Of a stretch of DNA of 64,000 nucleotides, positions 24,449 through 33,771 are shown in pieces. The DNA is from Polyangiaceae bacterium. GTDB lineage: Bacteria; Myxococcota_A; Polyangia; Polyangiales; Polyangiaceae. Under the pieces are notes generated by a model that saw only the letters and a program-made list of their open reading frames with translations, did not search any database and was not told the DNA's origin. The DNA lies in assembly GCA_044376115.1 (NCBI GenBank), contig JBILLK010000023.1:1-64000 (forward strand), given 5' to 3'. Both the position numbers and the translations under genes were made by a program. Each line of letters opens with the position of its first letter. Positions within the stretch are counted from its first letter, which is position 1.

Positions 24449-25938
24449 GGCTGACCGCCACCGGCGATCTTCTCGTCAACGCTGTTGACCGCACGCTTCG
24501 CCCTTCGGCGGAGGTCAACGTGAAGCGACTCGTCGAAGTTGATGGCGCTGAAGCACGCGCGCGCTTCGACCGATTTGCCAAGGCCGAGGTAGGCTTCGGC
24601 TTCGTTCCAGCGGAGCTGCCAGGTGCGTTGTTTCATGTCGCCGAGCGTGGCAGCGTCTTTGAGGATCTCCTCGTACTTCTGTTGCTTTGCGAGCTCACCC
24701 CACCACTCGGAGCGAAGGTCGTCGTCGCTGGGGTTGCCTTTGACGGTTTTCTCGAAGAGCTCGAGCGAATCATCGATGCGGTTGAGCGCAAGGTAGGCGC
24801 GGGCCAACGTACGGCTGGCACCAGGAACGGATGCGTGCGCCTCTGCAAAGGCCTGCAGCGCCGGGAGGGCGTCCCCAAGCTTCTGGATATCGTTCGGGTC
24901 CTCGGGCCAGAACTTCAGCATCAGCGCCGATAGATCGCCTGGATCGACCTCGAGGGCCTTGTCGATCAGCGACTCGGCCTCCGCGCTATTTCCATTTTCG
25001 CCCTGCGTACGAGCCAATTCGACGAGCACGCCCGCGTTGCCGGGCTTCTTACCGGCGAGTTCGAGCGCTGCGCCGAGCGCGGCCTCCTTCTTACCCATGG
25101 CACGTAGGTTGGAGATGATCGCAAGTTCGGCGCGCTCATTGAACTCGGCCCCTGCCACCTTCTTTGCACGAAGCGCAGCCTCGAACGCGACTTCGTAACG
25201 GCGCTCCCGCTCGTGGTAGGCCAGCTGCTCGAGGAAGAAGTCCACCGTGCGCTCCTCCTTGTCCCACTCACCCACGAGGTAAGCCAAGACCGAGTCAGCG
25301 CGCACGTAGATGAGCGAGGCCGCATCGCGCGGGTTCTCATAGATCTTCGCCAAGTGGCCGAGCTGGACGAGCGCGTCCATCGCCCCTTGATGATCTGGCT
25401 TTGCCTCGAGTGCGTTGATGAACTCGTCAGCAGCCGCCTCCTTGTTCTGCAAACGCAGATGCACGTGCCCAACGGCGATATGGAACTCAGGGTCCCCTTT
25501 GAACGTCGCTGCGATGGTCTTGAAGATCTTCTGCGCGTTCTCGAATTGCCCGGTGTTGGCGTAGGCCGAGGCGAGGTTTAGCTTCGCGGCGTGGTCACCC
25601 TCGAAGGTGACCGTGATTCGCTTGAGCGTGCTGATCGCCTTCTCGAAATCGTTCTCGGCAAAAGCCTTCTGAGCTTTGTCCCAGAGCGGGCCGGCATCGA
25701 TGAAGGACTCCATGGCGACCACGTCGTTGCGGTTCTTCTTGCGCCAGGCGGAGTTCTTACCCACCTCCGAGTTGTTGAGGAAGTCACTGCACCACTGACG
25801 GGCCTGCTTGGTCGGCAGGCCGCTCTCAGCGAGCTTCTCGAACTGCGCTTTGGGCACGGGGACCTGCATCGGCAGGCCCTTCTGTTTGGCAACCAGCTCG
25901 TCGAAATTGATGATGACCCACTCTTCGCCTTCGCTCAT
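24445..25938 (-). CDS. Tetratricopeptide repeat protein
   Basis: Several TPR-like helical pairs; start MSEGEEW chosen. Confidence 0.8.
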   Translation of the reverse strand: MSEGEEWVIINFDELVAKQKGLPMQVPVPKAQFEKLAESGLPTKQARQWCSDFLNNSEVGKNSAWRKKNRNDVVAMESFIDAGPLWDKAQKAFAENDFEKAISTLKRITVTFEGDHAAKLNLASAYANTGQFENAQKIFKTIAATFKGDPEFHIAVGHVHLRLQNKEAAADEFINALEAKPDHQGAMDALVQLGHLAKIYENPRDAASLIYVRADSVLAYLVGEWDKEERTVDFFLEQLAYHERERRYEVAFEAALRAKKVAGAEFNERAELAIISNLRAMGKKEAALGAALELAGKKPGNAGVLVELARTQGENGNSAEAESLIDKALEVDPGDLSALMLKFWPEDPNDIQKLGDALPALQAFAEAHASVPGASRTLARAYLALNRIDDSLELFEKTVKGNPSDDDLRSEWWGELAKQQKYEEILKDAATLGDMKQRTWQLRWNEAEAYLGLGKSVEARACFSAINFDESLHVDLRRRAKRAVNSVDEKIAGGGQP

Positions 25939-26030
25939 AGGGAGTGAAACGTACAGGGCAAGCCCAGCCCCGGGCAATGGGTCCCGCACTGGTTCGAAGC
26001 CAAAGCCTGCCGCGAGCCCTTTCAGCTCGT

Positions 26031-28352
26031 TCAGCGCAACATCACATCGACCATGATGACGACCGCCAGCGCGATCAGGAACGCGACCGCCAGCGCGACC
26101 CACACCGGAACCCCAAACACTTCACCGGAAAACAAGCTGGTGTTCTCGGGGGGTCGCGGCACATTGAAGCGGACGCCAGGGACCGTCGGCTCGCGCCGCG
26201 GATCGGGCATCGGCGGCAAGTAACTTTGCCGCTCACCGGTTGGCAGAGCCTGCGAATGATGGAGCGGCATCCCGCCGTGAGCGAAGGGCGACGGCAGATT
26301 CGGAGCTGGCTCAGGCGCGCCAATCACCATCCCCTGGGCAGCACCAGCCAAGATGGGACCGTGCGTCTCCGCTCGCGGGGGCTCTGTTGCAAACGTGGGC
26401 ACCACTCGCAAGCGTTCGGTGACCAAGCGTTCGGTGACCAGTTGCGGCGCATTCTCGGCAACCACCGCCGAGGTCTGGCGGTCGCCTCGCAGCACAGCAT
26501 CCTCCAAACGATGCGCCTCCTCGAGCGTACGCAGCGCCTCTTCGAGCCCCCTTTGAGAAAGCTGCCTGACCGCCTCCTCGGCGGCGGCTGCGCTGTCCCT
26601 AGCGAGGTCGGCGAGCAACCCGCGATGAGCCGCGAGTCGCTGTGCACGCTCGGATTCGGTTTGCATACGAGCCGCCAACCGACCGAGGCGCTCCGCAGCA
26701 GCTCTCACGTCTTGCTCGCTGCGTGCCACCCCTGCGCGCGCATCGAGCTTGTGATTTGCACGCTCCTCCATCGCGTACAGAGGGTCGACCCGGGTCGCGC
26801 CGGCTTCCTGATCCTCATCGAGTTCCTCGTCCAGATCATCCCGCCGTTCGCGCGGAGGAGGAAGGCGAGGCAGCGGCTTGCTCAGGTTCAGCTTACCAAC
26901 TGGGGTTGTTGGGACCTCGTCCTCGGAAGACGAGGGCATGCGCACGGCGTAGGCCATCGCCGCGCCCTTGGCCTTGATGGTGGTGGTGCGCCCGTCACTC
27001 TCGTCATCCGCGAAGGAGGGCAGCGCATCCATATTGGTCACGGTAGGCAGCGCACCGGGACGAGGATTGGTGGGGGACGAAAGTAACGAACGAACGGCGT
27101 CTCTCGCCTGCCGATTCGTCTGCACCTGCGTGGGGATCTCTTCACCCCAATCGGGCGTCTCCGCCGTCTCGTTGGAAGGGCGGTCCTCGATCGGGTTGCG
27201 ATCTGTCTCATCGGTGGGATCGTCGATGAGCTTGCGTGCCGCCCGACGCCGGCTCGACAGAGCGGCAGGCTGCGGAATCCGTGCAGCTTGCGGCGCGGAC
27301 CGCAAGTCGAGCGGCCCGTTTCGGCCCCGCGTGCCTAGGAGCCTGGCTTTCGCGCGCACCGACTCCGCAACAAATTCGCCTGCGACGGCGCGCTCAAACC
27401 AGCGCTGTTGCCTCATCGCATTGCGCCGAACGAAGCGCGCGACCGCCTCCGCGTTGTCATCCTTGTAGCCGTGCGTGTCGAGCCAACGGTCGAGGTGAGC
27501 TCGCACCTCGTCGGCAGAACCAAAGCGACGAGCGGGGTCCTTCTCGAGCAATCGATCGACCACCATCGCCAACTCTTTATCGAGCTTGGGGCGAAGGGAG
27601 AGAATGTCTTCCGGCGGCTCGTGCGCCATCACGTGAAAGATCTCGAGTTCACTACCGCCGGACCAAGGGTGACGCCCGGTGAAGAGCTCGAACAAAAGGA
27701 CCCCGAGCGAAAACAGATCGGCCCGGGCGTCGATGGGTGCGTCGGTGGCCTGCTCCGGCGCCATGTAGTGCGGATGGCCCTTGAGCAGGCCGGTCAGCGT
27801 CTTGGTCACTCGCTGCTTTGCCTTGGCTAGGCCGAAGTCCGCGATCTTCACCCTGCCGTCGAAGCCGATCAGCACGTTTCCAGGGGTCAGATCGCGATGC
27901 ACCAAGCCGAGCGACTCGCCCGAAAGTCCGCGCAGTTGATGGGCAGCAGACAAGCCGGCGCAGATTTGTGCGCCCATGAACACGACCATGCGTTCACTGA
28001 AGGCCTCTCGTGTCTCGAAGACGGTCTTCATCAGACGCGCCAAGGAAACACCTTCGACCAGTTCAACCGCGAGATAGGTTCCCTCGCTGTCATTGCCCCA
28101 GCCGACGACGTGCACCACGTTCGGGTGATCGAGCGCCGCGGTCATCCAGACCTCGTCGATGAACATGGTCTGAAACTGAGGGTCCTCAGCGATGTGAGGA
28201 TGGAGCCGCTTGACGGCGGTGAGCTTGCCTTTCTCCTTGGGTGGAGACTTCACTCGGCAGAGCTCAACGCGTGCGGTCGGCCCAGTCGCAATCTCGGCGA
28301 GCAGCTCGAAGACCAGCGGCTTGGGACTGTCTTTCGACGGCTCGCTCATCAC
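26031..28352 (-). CDS. Ser/Thr protein kinase with coiled coil and C-terminal TM anchor
   Basis: AVKR, HRDLTPGN, DFG, YMAPE; Gly loop is atypical (ATGPTA). Confidence 0.9.
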   Translation of the reverse strand: MMSEPSKDSPKPLVFELLAEIATGPTARVELCRVKSPPKEKGKLTAVKRLHPHIAEDPQFQTMFIDEVWMTAALDHPNVVHVVGWGNDSEGTYLAVELVEGVSLARLMKTVFETREAFSERMVVFMGAQICAGLSAAHQLRGLSGESLGLVHRDLTPGNVLIGFDGRVKIADFGLAKAKQRVTKTLTGLLKGHPHYMAPEQATDAPIDARADLFSLGVLLFELFTGRHPWSGGSELEIFHVMAHEPPEDILSLRPKLDKELAMVVDRLLEKDPARRFGSADEVRAHLDRWLDTHGYKDDNAEAVARFVRRNAMRQQRWFERAVAGEFVAESVRAKARLLGTRGRNGPLDLRSAPQAARIPQPAALSSRRRAARKLIDDPTDETDRNPIEDRPSNETAETPDWGEEIPTQVQTNRQARDAVRSLLSSPTNPRPGALPTVTNMDALPSFADDESDGRTTTIKAKGAAMAYAVRMPSSSEDEVPTTPVGKLNLSKPLPRLPPPRERRDDLDEELDEDQEAGATRVDPLYAMEERANHKLDARAGVARSEQDVRAAAERLGRLAARMQTESERAQRLAAHRGLLADLARDSAAAAEEAVRQLSQRGLEEALRTLEEAHRLEDAVLRGDRQTSAVVAENAPQLVTERLVTERLRVVPTFATEPPRAETHGPILAGAAQGMVIGAPEPAPNLPSPFAHGGMPLHHSQALPTGERQSYLPPMPDPRREPTVPGVRFNVPRPPENTSLFSGEVFGVPVWVALAVAFLIALAVVIMVDVMLR
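26411..26440. repeat. Perfect 15-bp tandem duplication (LVTER x2)
   Basis: AGCGTTCGGTGACCA x2. Confidence 0.85.
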
Positions 28353-28370
28353 ACGCCTCGACGCAACGGA

Positions 28371-29024
28371 TCAGCTACGGGCGGCCGCGTAAGCCGTCGT
28401 GAGCCCCGAGAGGCTGGTGCGCAAATGCACGTCGAGATGGTCGTCCTTGGAGCGAATGGCGCGAACGTGGAGCACCGGCGTAGCGACCGCAAGCGCCTTG
28501 CGAATCTTGGGGTTGTCGGCCACCTTCGGGATCTTCAAAGCATCAATCACGATGCGATCATCCTTCGCGTCGACAATCAGCGCTGGTCGCTTGGGAATGA
28601 AGGCAACGAGATTGCCCGGCTTCGATAGGTCGAGCGCACCCGATTGCACGAGCGCGGCGACCGGAGTCTGAAAGCCATCAAGGACCTTCAGGTTCATCTC
28701 AGAGATCCGCGTTCCGACTCGCAGCTCATCCGCGGTGATGTTGATCTCTTCGATGAACAGGCAAAGTGAAACACGCAGACTGGTTCCGCCAGGGGCCTCC
28801 ACCGTCATCGCAATCCGAATTCCGGGCGGGACGCTGTCGATCTGGATGTCCTTCGGCATCTTCTTGCCGCCTGCGAGTTCGCGGGCAAAGTAGCGCAAAG
28901 CGTCGAGCGGGACGCCGACCCGCAACCCGAACGCCCCCTTCACCGCGCGCAGCATCTCTTCAGGATGCTGTTTCAGATAGGACGTCGCCGCATTGATGAT
29001 CGCTTTCTTGTCGAGCCTCGCCAT
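28371..29024 (-). CDS. Hypothetical protein
   Basis: 217-aa ORF with protein-like composition, co-oriented with the kinase. Confidence 0.75.
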   Translation of the reverse strand: MARLDKKAIINAATSYLKQHPEEMLRAVKGAFGLRVGVPLDALRYFARELAGGKKMPKDIQIDSVPPGIRIAMTVEAPGGTSLRVSLCLFIEEINITADELRVGTRISEMNLKVLDGFQTPVAALVQSGALDLSKPGNLVAFIPKRPALIVDAKDDRIVIDALKIPKVADNPKIRKALAVATPVLHVRAIRSKDDHLDVHLRTSLSGLTTAYAAARS

Positions 29025-29063
29025 GGTTGTCGAAGGGTCTACTCATCGCGAGCGATTGGCAAG

Positions 29064-29900
29064 TCAGTCGAGCGGTCTTCGGTGGGTTAAGGACGGAAGC
29101 CTGCGCCGAATCGCCTCCACGTGGGCTGGGTCGAGGCGTGCGACAACCACGCCAGGCCCGTCGCTGGCCTGGCCAATTACATCCCCCCACGGGTCGATGA
29201 TGCAGGATTTACCGTAGGTACGGCGCCCCCGCGGATGAGCACCACACTGCCCAGCGGCGATCACAAACATTTGAGCTTCAATTGCTCGAGCACGCAGCAG
29301 CACGTGCCAATGGTCCTTGCCGGTGATCAGGGTAAATGCAGCCGGGACAGTGACGCAAACGGCGCCCAAGTCTGCGAGACGCTGAAAGAGCGCCGGAAAC
29401 CGGAGGTCGTAGCAAACCGAAAGCCCGACGTTGACCACCCCGCCTTGCAACGCGAGCTGCGCTGTCTCGGCGCTGGAGCCTGCGCTCGTCGCCGCCGACT
29501 CTTTGTAGGAGGCACCATCCCCAACCTCGACGTCAAACAGGTGGATCTTGCGGTATCTCGCCACCACGTCGCCCGAGGGACCAACCACGCAGCTGGTATT
29601 GAACGGCCGCTCGGGATCGGAGCTCCGCTCTGGCATGCCGCCGCCGATCAGAAAAATGCCTTCCTTTTTCGCAGCTGCGGACAACATCTCGAGAATCGGC
29701 CCGCGCTCTTTTGAGCCAAGGTCCTCAGCGATTTGACGCTTCTCCTCTTCCGTCCCCATGAAGGCGAAGTTTTCGGGCAGGAGGACGATCTCTGCTCCGC
29801 GGGAAGCAGCCTCTTGCACCAGTTCGCGGGCTTGCTTCAGGTTATCTGCCAGGTCGTCTTGGCTTTCGAGTTGTACGGCGGCAACGTTGAAGGGTCGCAT
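29064..29900 (-). CDS. Carbon-nitrogen hydrolase (Nit1-like)
   Basis: LPENF, YRKIHLFD, VCYDLRFP, RARAIE catalytic E-K-C; start 29900 or 29912. Confidence 0.9.
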   Translation of the reverse strand: MRPFNVAAVQLESQDDLADNLKQARELVQEAASRGAEIVLLPENFAFMGTEEEKRQIAEDLGSKERGPILEMLSAAAKKEGIFLIGGGMPERSSDPERPFNTSCVVGPSGDVVARYRKIHLFDVEVGDGASYKESAATSAGSSAETAQLALQGGVVNVGLSVCYDLRFPALFQRLADLGAVCVTVPAAFTLITGKDHWHVLLRARAIEAQMFVIAAGQCGAHPRGRRTYGKSCIIDPWGDVIGQASDGPGVVVARLDPAHVEAIRRRLPSLTHRRPLD

Positions 29901-29929
29901 GGTGCGGGGCATGCTAGCCTCTTTCCGCG

Positions 29930-31459
29930 ATGGCCGAGCGCCACCCCCGAACCACCGCTTCAATGCAGCGCTACGGAGCGCATGCTTCCCCCGAGGGTTC
30001 GAGATCCGCTCGAGCGGGGCTCGTGCTTCTCTACGCGCCGCACTTCGACCAATTTTCACCGGCCTATCTCCTTTCGGAGCGCGATTTGGTGCTCGGCCGA
30101 GATCCATCGTGCGGAGTGTGCGTGCCGGAGGGCGCCGTAAGCAGGCAGCATGCGCGCATCAGCTTCCGCGGTACGCGCTGGATCATTGCGGATCTCGGTA
30201 GTCGCAACGGTACGCTCGTCGACGGTCGCTTCATCACGGAGCTAGCGCTCCAAGACCAGCACGAGATTCGCATTGGCGACGCCATCTTCAAGTTCGTCGC
30301 CCAAGGGGCGGAGAGCTTCGCCACCTACCGCATCGATGGAGCTTCGTCGGCGCCGCCGGGCGCCCCGAGCCTTGCCGGGATCGTCGGGAACTACCAGCTG
30401 CGTGTGCTGCTTCGTGCACTCCACCGCGTCGCACCAAGCGAGATCTCGGTCGTCGTGCTTGGAGAAACGGGAACGGGAAAGGAGCTCTGTGCTCGCGAAC
30501 TGCACCTGGCTAGCGGCCGGAAGGGCTCGTTTCAACCCGTCAACTGCGCTGCCATCCCGGGGTCTTTGTTGGAGAGTGAGCTCTTCGGCTACAAGCGAGG
30601 CGCCTTCAGCGGGGCCGAGCGCGACAAGATCGGGCTGATCAAGGCGGCCGACAACGGCACGCTCTTTCTCGACGAGATCGGCGATATGCCGATTGAAGCT
30701 CAGGCGAAGCTGCTGCGCGTGCTTCAGTCACGGGAGATCATTCCTATCGGCGCGACCGCACCCGAACGGGTCAACGTGCGCATCGTCTGCGCTACCCATC
30801 GCAACCTCGCGGCCCTGCAACGAGACGGAAAATTCCGCGGGGACCTCTTTGCGCGATTGAACGAATACAGCCTCACGCTGCCTGCTCTGCGCGATCGGAA
30901 AGAAGACATCTACGCGTTGGTTCGCTCCATGCTCCATCGTCATGGCAGACCAACGATGAGCACGACCTTCCCTTTCATGACCGGCCTCTTGCACTACGAC
31001 TGGCCGTTCAACGTGCGCGAGCTCGAGGCGGCTATCAAGCGAGCGATCGCTGTGGCGGAGGGAGACGTACTCGAGGTTCACCACCTACCCGACGCAATCA
31101 AGGAGGTCATGCTCGAGTACGGCGTGCACCGGGTTGATACCGACGGATCGCTGCTGCTAGGGCCGGCTGCGCAGACGGTCGGGCTGGACGTCACGGTACC
31201 GCCGATCGACGTTCGCGCTCCGCTCGCCTACGAGGGACCAGCCAGCGAGCCGCCGCCGCGCAACCAAGCCTTCGGCGAGCCACCGCCTCGGGCGCTTGTT
31301 CCTGGGCGTTTCCGCGCGCCGAGCGAAGAGGAGCTACGCGCACTGCTGACCCAGCACCGCGGCAACCTCGCTGCGGTAGGTCGCGAGTTCGGCAAGGAAC
31401 GCATGCAGGTCCACCGCTGGCTGCGTAAATACGGCATCGACGTCGAGGCGTACCGCTAG
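29930..31459 (+). CDS. FHA-domain sigma54-dependent enhancer-binding protein
   Basis: FHA (LGR, SRQH, SRNGT), GETGTGKE, GAFSGA, FLDEIG, C-terminal HTH; start uncertain. Confidence 0.9.
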   Translation: MAERHPRTTASMQRYGAHASPEGSRSARAGLVLLYAPHFDQFSPAYLLSERDLVLGRDPSCGVCVPEGAVSRQHARISFRGTRWIIADLGSRNGTLVDGRFITELALQDQHEIRIGDAIFKFVAQGAESFATYRIDGASSAPPGAPSLAGIVGNYQLRVLLRALHRVAPSEISVVVLGETGTGKELCARELHLASGRKGSFQPVNCAAIPGSLLESELFGYKRGAFSGAERDKIGLIKAADNGTLFLDEIGDMPIEAQAKLLRVLQSREIIPIGATAPERVNVRIVCATHRNLAALQRDGKFRGDLFARLNEYSLTLPALRDRKEDIYALVRSMLHRHGRPTMSTTFPFMTGLLHYDWPFNVRELEAAIKRAIAVAEGDVLEVHHLPDAIKEVMLEYGVHRVDTDGSLLLGPAAQTVGLDVTVPPIDVRAPLAYEGPASEPPPRNQAFGEPPPRALVPGRFRAPSEEELRALLTQHRGNLAAVGREFGKERMQVHRWLRKYGIDVEAYR

Positions 31460-31478
31460 CCCCGATCGCGAAGACGCC

Positions 31479-32051
31479 TTACAGCGGCGGCTTCGCGGTA
31501 AGTTCACAGGAGAACGCCGGACCGCCGGGTTCACAGACGCTGCCGCACACGGTTGAGGCGCACAAGCAATCGAACAAATTGGAGAGCAAAACGAGATCCC
31601 CCTCGGGAATCGTTCCGCTCAGGCTGTTGAAGCATGCAGCATTGGGCGCCGCACAATTCCCGATGGTGAGCAATGCCCCCGAACAGCCCAGCGAGTTCGC
31701 GCAGGCGGTCACTGGGAAGTCGCACTGTGGGGTCAAGGAGGTTTCATTGGCCTCGATGCATTCACCACACAAATTTTGCTTGAGAACCGCCGCCATACCG
31801 CAGGCGCACTTGGCGACGGCCACGCTTGCGGCGCCGCCCGCCCCCCCCGTGGAGGCCCCGCCCGAGGAGCTCTCGCCCCCGGAGCTCTCGCCCCCGGAGC
31901 TGGAACCACCCGTGCCGCTGCCTCCGCCACCATCGCTCGGATTTTGGTTCGGCTGGTTGGCCGGGGTCGAGTTCCGTGGATCTTCGCGGACCGACGTACA
32001 GGCAGAGACCAGAAGCACAGCTGTCAGCGTTCGAGTAAGAATGCGGTCCAT
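31479..32051 (-). CDS. Cys-rich lipoprotein with Gly/Ser linker
   Basis: Lipobox VSAC, GGESS repeats, many Cys in the C-terminal domain. Confidence 0.7.
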   Translation of the reverse strand: MDRILTRTLTAVLLVSACTSVREDPRNSTPANQPNQNPSDGGGGSGTGGSSSGGESSGGESSSGGASTGGAGGAASVAVAKCACGMAAVLKQNLCGECIEANETSLTPQCDFPVTACANSLGCSGALLTIGNCAAPNAACFNSLSGTIPEGDLVLLSNLFDCLCASTVCGSVCEPGGPAFSCELTAKPPL

Positions 32052-32126
32052 AAGTCCCCAGGTTCGAAAGGCTCGTTGCGTGGCTGGCCTTAGTGTACGG
32101 CGGAACGGCTCAATCGGCCAACTCGA

Positions 32127-32609
32127 CTACTCAAACGCAGGGGCGTCTCCCGAAAGCGCGTGGTCTAGGAAATCGCGCATTCCCATCGCCATTTCGGCGG
32201 GCAGTTCGGAAAGCAGAAACACGCGCGCCTCACGGATCTCCACAGGGTTCTTGGGCGGCTGCACAATGGGGCCGACCTCCGCTTCCACGACGATCGTCAC
32301 GGCGTGAAAGCGAGGATCCCGGTCTGGTCTGGAATAGACGCCCACGATGCGCTTGAAGCTGGTTTGGTTGATACCTGCTTCCTCGATCACCTCGCGCACC
32401 AGCGTTTCACGCAGCGTCTCACCCCACTCGACGGTGCCACCGGGCAGCGCCCACGTCCCAGTATCGCCACGCCGTATCAACACGATGCCCTCGGGACGTC
32501 GTGCCACCACGGCGAGGCCAACCACAGGGCGCTTCAGAACGTGGCGAAAGATCTCTTTCGCGACGCCAACCACACCCGCAGGCAACAAATGGAGAGGAGC
32601 AAAACTCAC
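32127..32609 (-). CDS. NUDIX hydrolase
   Basis: WALPGG.VEWGET...REVIEEAG, YSRPDRDPR. Confidence 0.9.
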   Translation of the reverse strand: MSFAPLHLLPAGVVGVAKEIFRHVLKRPVVGLAVVARRPEGIVLIRRGDTGTWALPGGTVEWGETLRETLVREVIEEAGINQTSFKRIVGVYSRPDRDPRFHAVTIVVEAEVGPIVQPPKNPVEIREARVFLLSELPAEMAMGMRDFLDHALSGDAPAFE

Positions 32610-32618
32610 AGCCCCCTT

Positions 32619-33647
32619 CTACCAGAGGACGTCCTGATGTTCGGAGACCCCCGGCACGTTCTCCAAGAAAAAGGTCGTTTGAGGCTCGCGCTGCTTGGGC
32701 GTTGGAACGCGGACGGTGCCGCTGAACCCCCCGACCGGCTGCATGAAGTTGGAGCGAACAAACAGCAGCTCCTTTGTCTCGCGGTGCATAGCGAATGGGG
32801 AAAACCGCAACTCGACCGAGCCGCAACTCGTGGAGATACGCCACTCGGACAACGGCCGCGCAGCGTCGTAGCTAAAGCGACCTTCACCGAGCGGGTAAAG
32901 CTCACCGTCGATCCACACGCAGCATTCGGCCTCCCCGACGAAGCCTTCGACGAGGTTCAATACGATGGTCGCGCCGGAAGTGGTCCGCCCCAGCAAGAAC
33001 GCCCAGCGCCAAGCGGTGGCGCGCGCGAGGACACCCCGTGTGTGATCCGTCCCCATCAGGGTGTCGGTGAACGCGAAGCTACGTGCCCCCAGCGAGGCGC
33101 GCCCACGAACTCGGCAATAGCGCTTCTCGGTCGCGTTGGCGAAGCCGCCCTGTACGGGAACCACGGCTCCCATCGCCGGGGCCTGGCGACCGGGAACAGC
33201 CGACACTTGAAGAGACAGATCCTGGCCACGCTGCTTGTTGCGAGCCACAGTCAGCGCCATGCCGCGGTCCCCAACCGATAGCGAAACCCCTTTGGCAGTG
33301 AAGGTCGCGTTACGACAACCCGAGCCCCCGTCCACAAACCGCGTGGCGAAGGGGCCACCAACGAAAGATTCGTCAAAAAGGAAGCTCTTAGCCGCGAGAT
33401 CCGCGACGAAGAGGAGCGCGGTGGACGCATAGCCCAACGAGACGACCGCGCAACCGATGAGCAGTTGATCGCTCGCCAAGGCACAGTACGTCCAACGCTT
33501 GTGGCCGAGGAAGTCTGCGACACGGCCGCGTGTGGAGGGCCCGAGCTGCAACGCCGGAAGCCCTCCGCGAAAGGAGCCGAAGGCCAAGCCTTCACGATTT
33601 CGGAGCACCAGAGGGGCGGGGGCAAAGGAGTGCACGGTGCCGGGCAA
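32619..33647 (-). CDS. DUF2804-like protein
   Basis: KRWTY, DHTRG, WRWA, FMQPVGGFSG, EHQDVLW pattern. Confidence 0.7.
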   Translation of the reverse strand: MPGTVHSFAPAPLVLRNREGLAFGSFRGGLPALQLGPSTRGRVADFLGHKRWTYCALASDQLLIGCAVVSLGYASTALLFVADLAAKSFLFDESFVGGPFATRFVDGGSGCRNATFTAKGVSLSVGDRGMALTVARNKQRGQDLSLQVSAVPGRQAPAMGAVVPVQGGFANATEKRYCRVRGRASLGARSFAFTDTLMGTDHTRGVLARATAWRWAFLLGRTTSGATIVLNLVEGFVGEAECCVWIDGELYPLGEGRFSYDAARPLSEWRISTSCGSVELRFSPFAMHRETKELLFVRSNFMQPVGGFSGTVRVPTPKQREPQTTFFLENVPGVSEHQDVLW

Positions 33648-33771
33648 GATAGCTCAACCGAGCTGCGGCGCGTGGTCGTTGGAGCGGCCGCAGGCTGTGA
33701 GAACGCTGGCGAGAAGAGAGCATGCACGAAGGCGACTCCCTTTCGCCGAACTATACGTAGAATGCGCGCCC

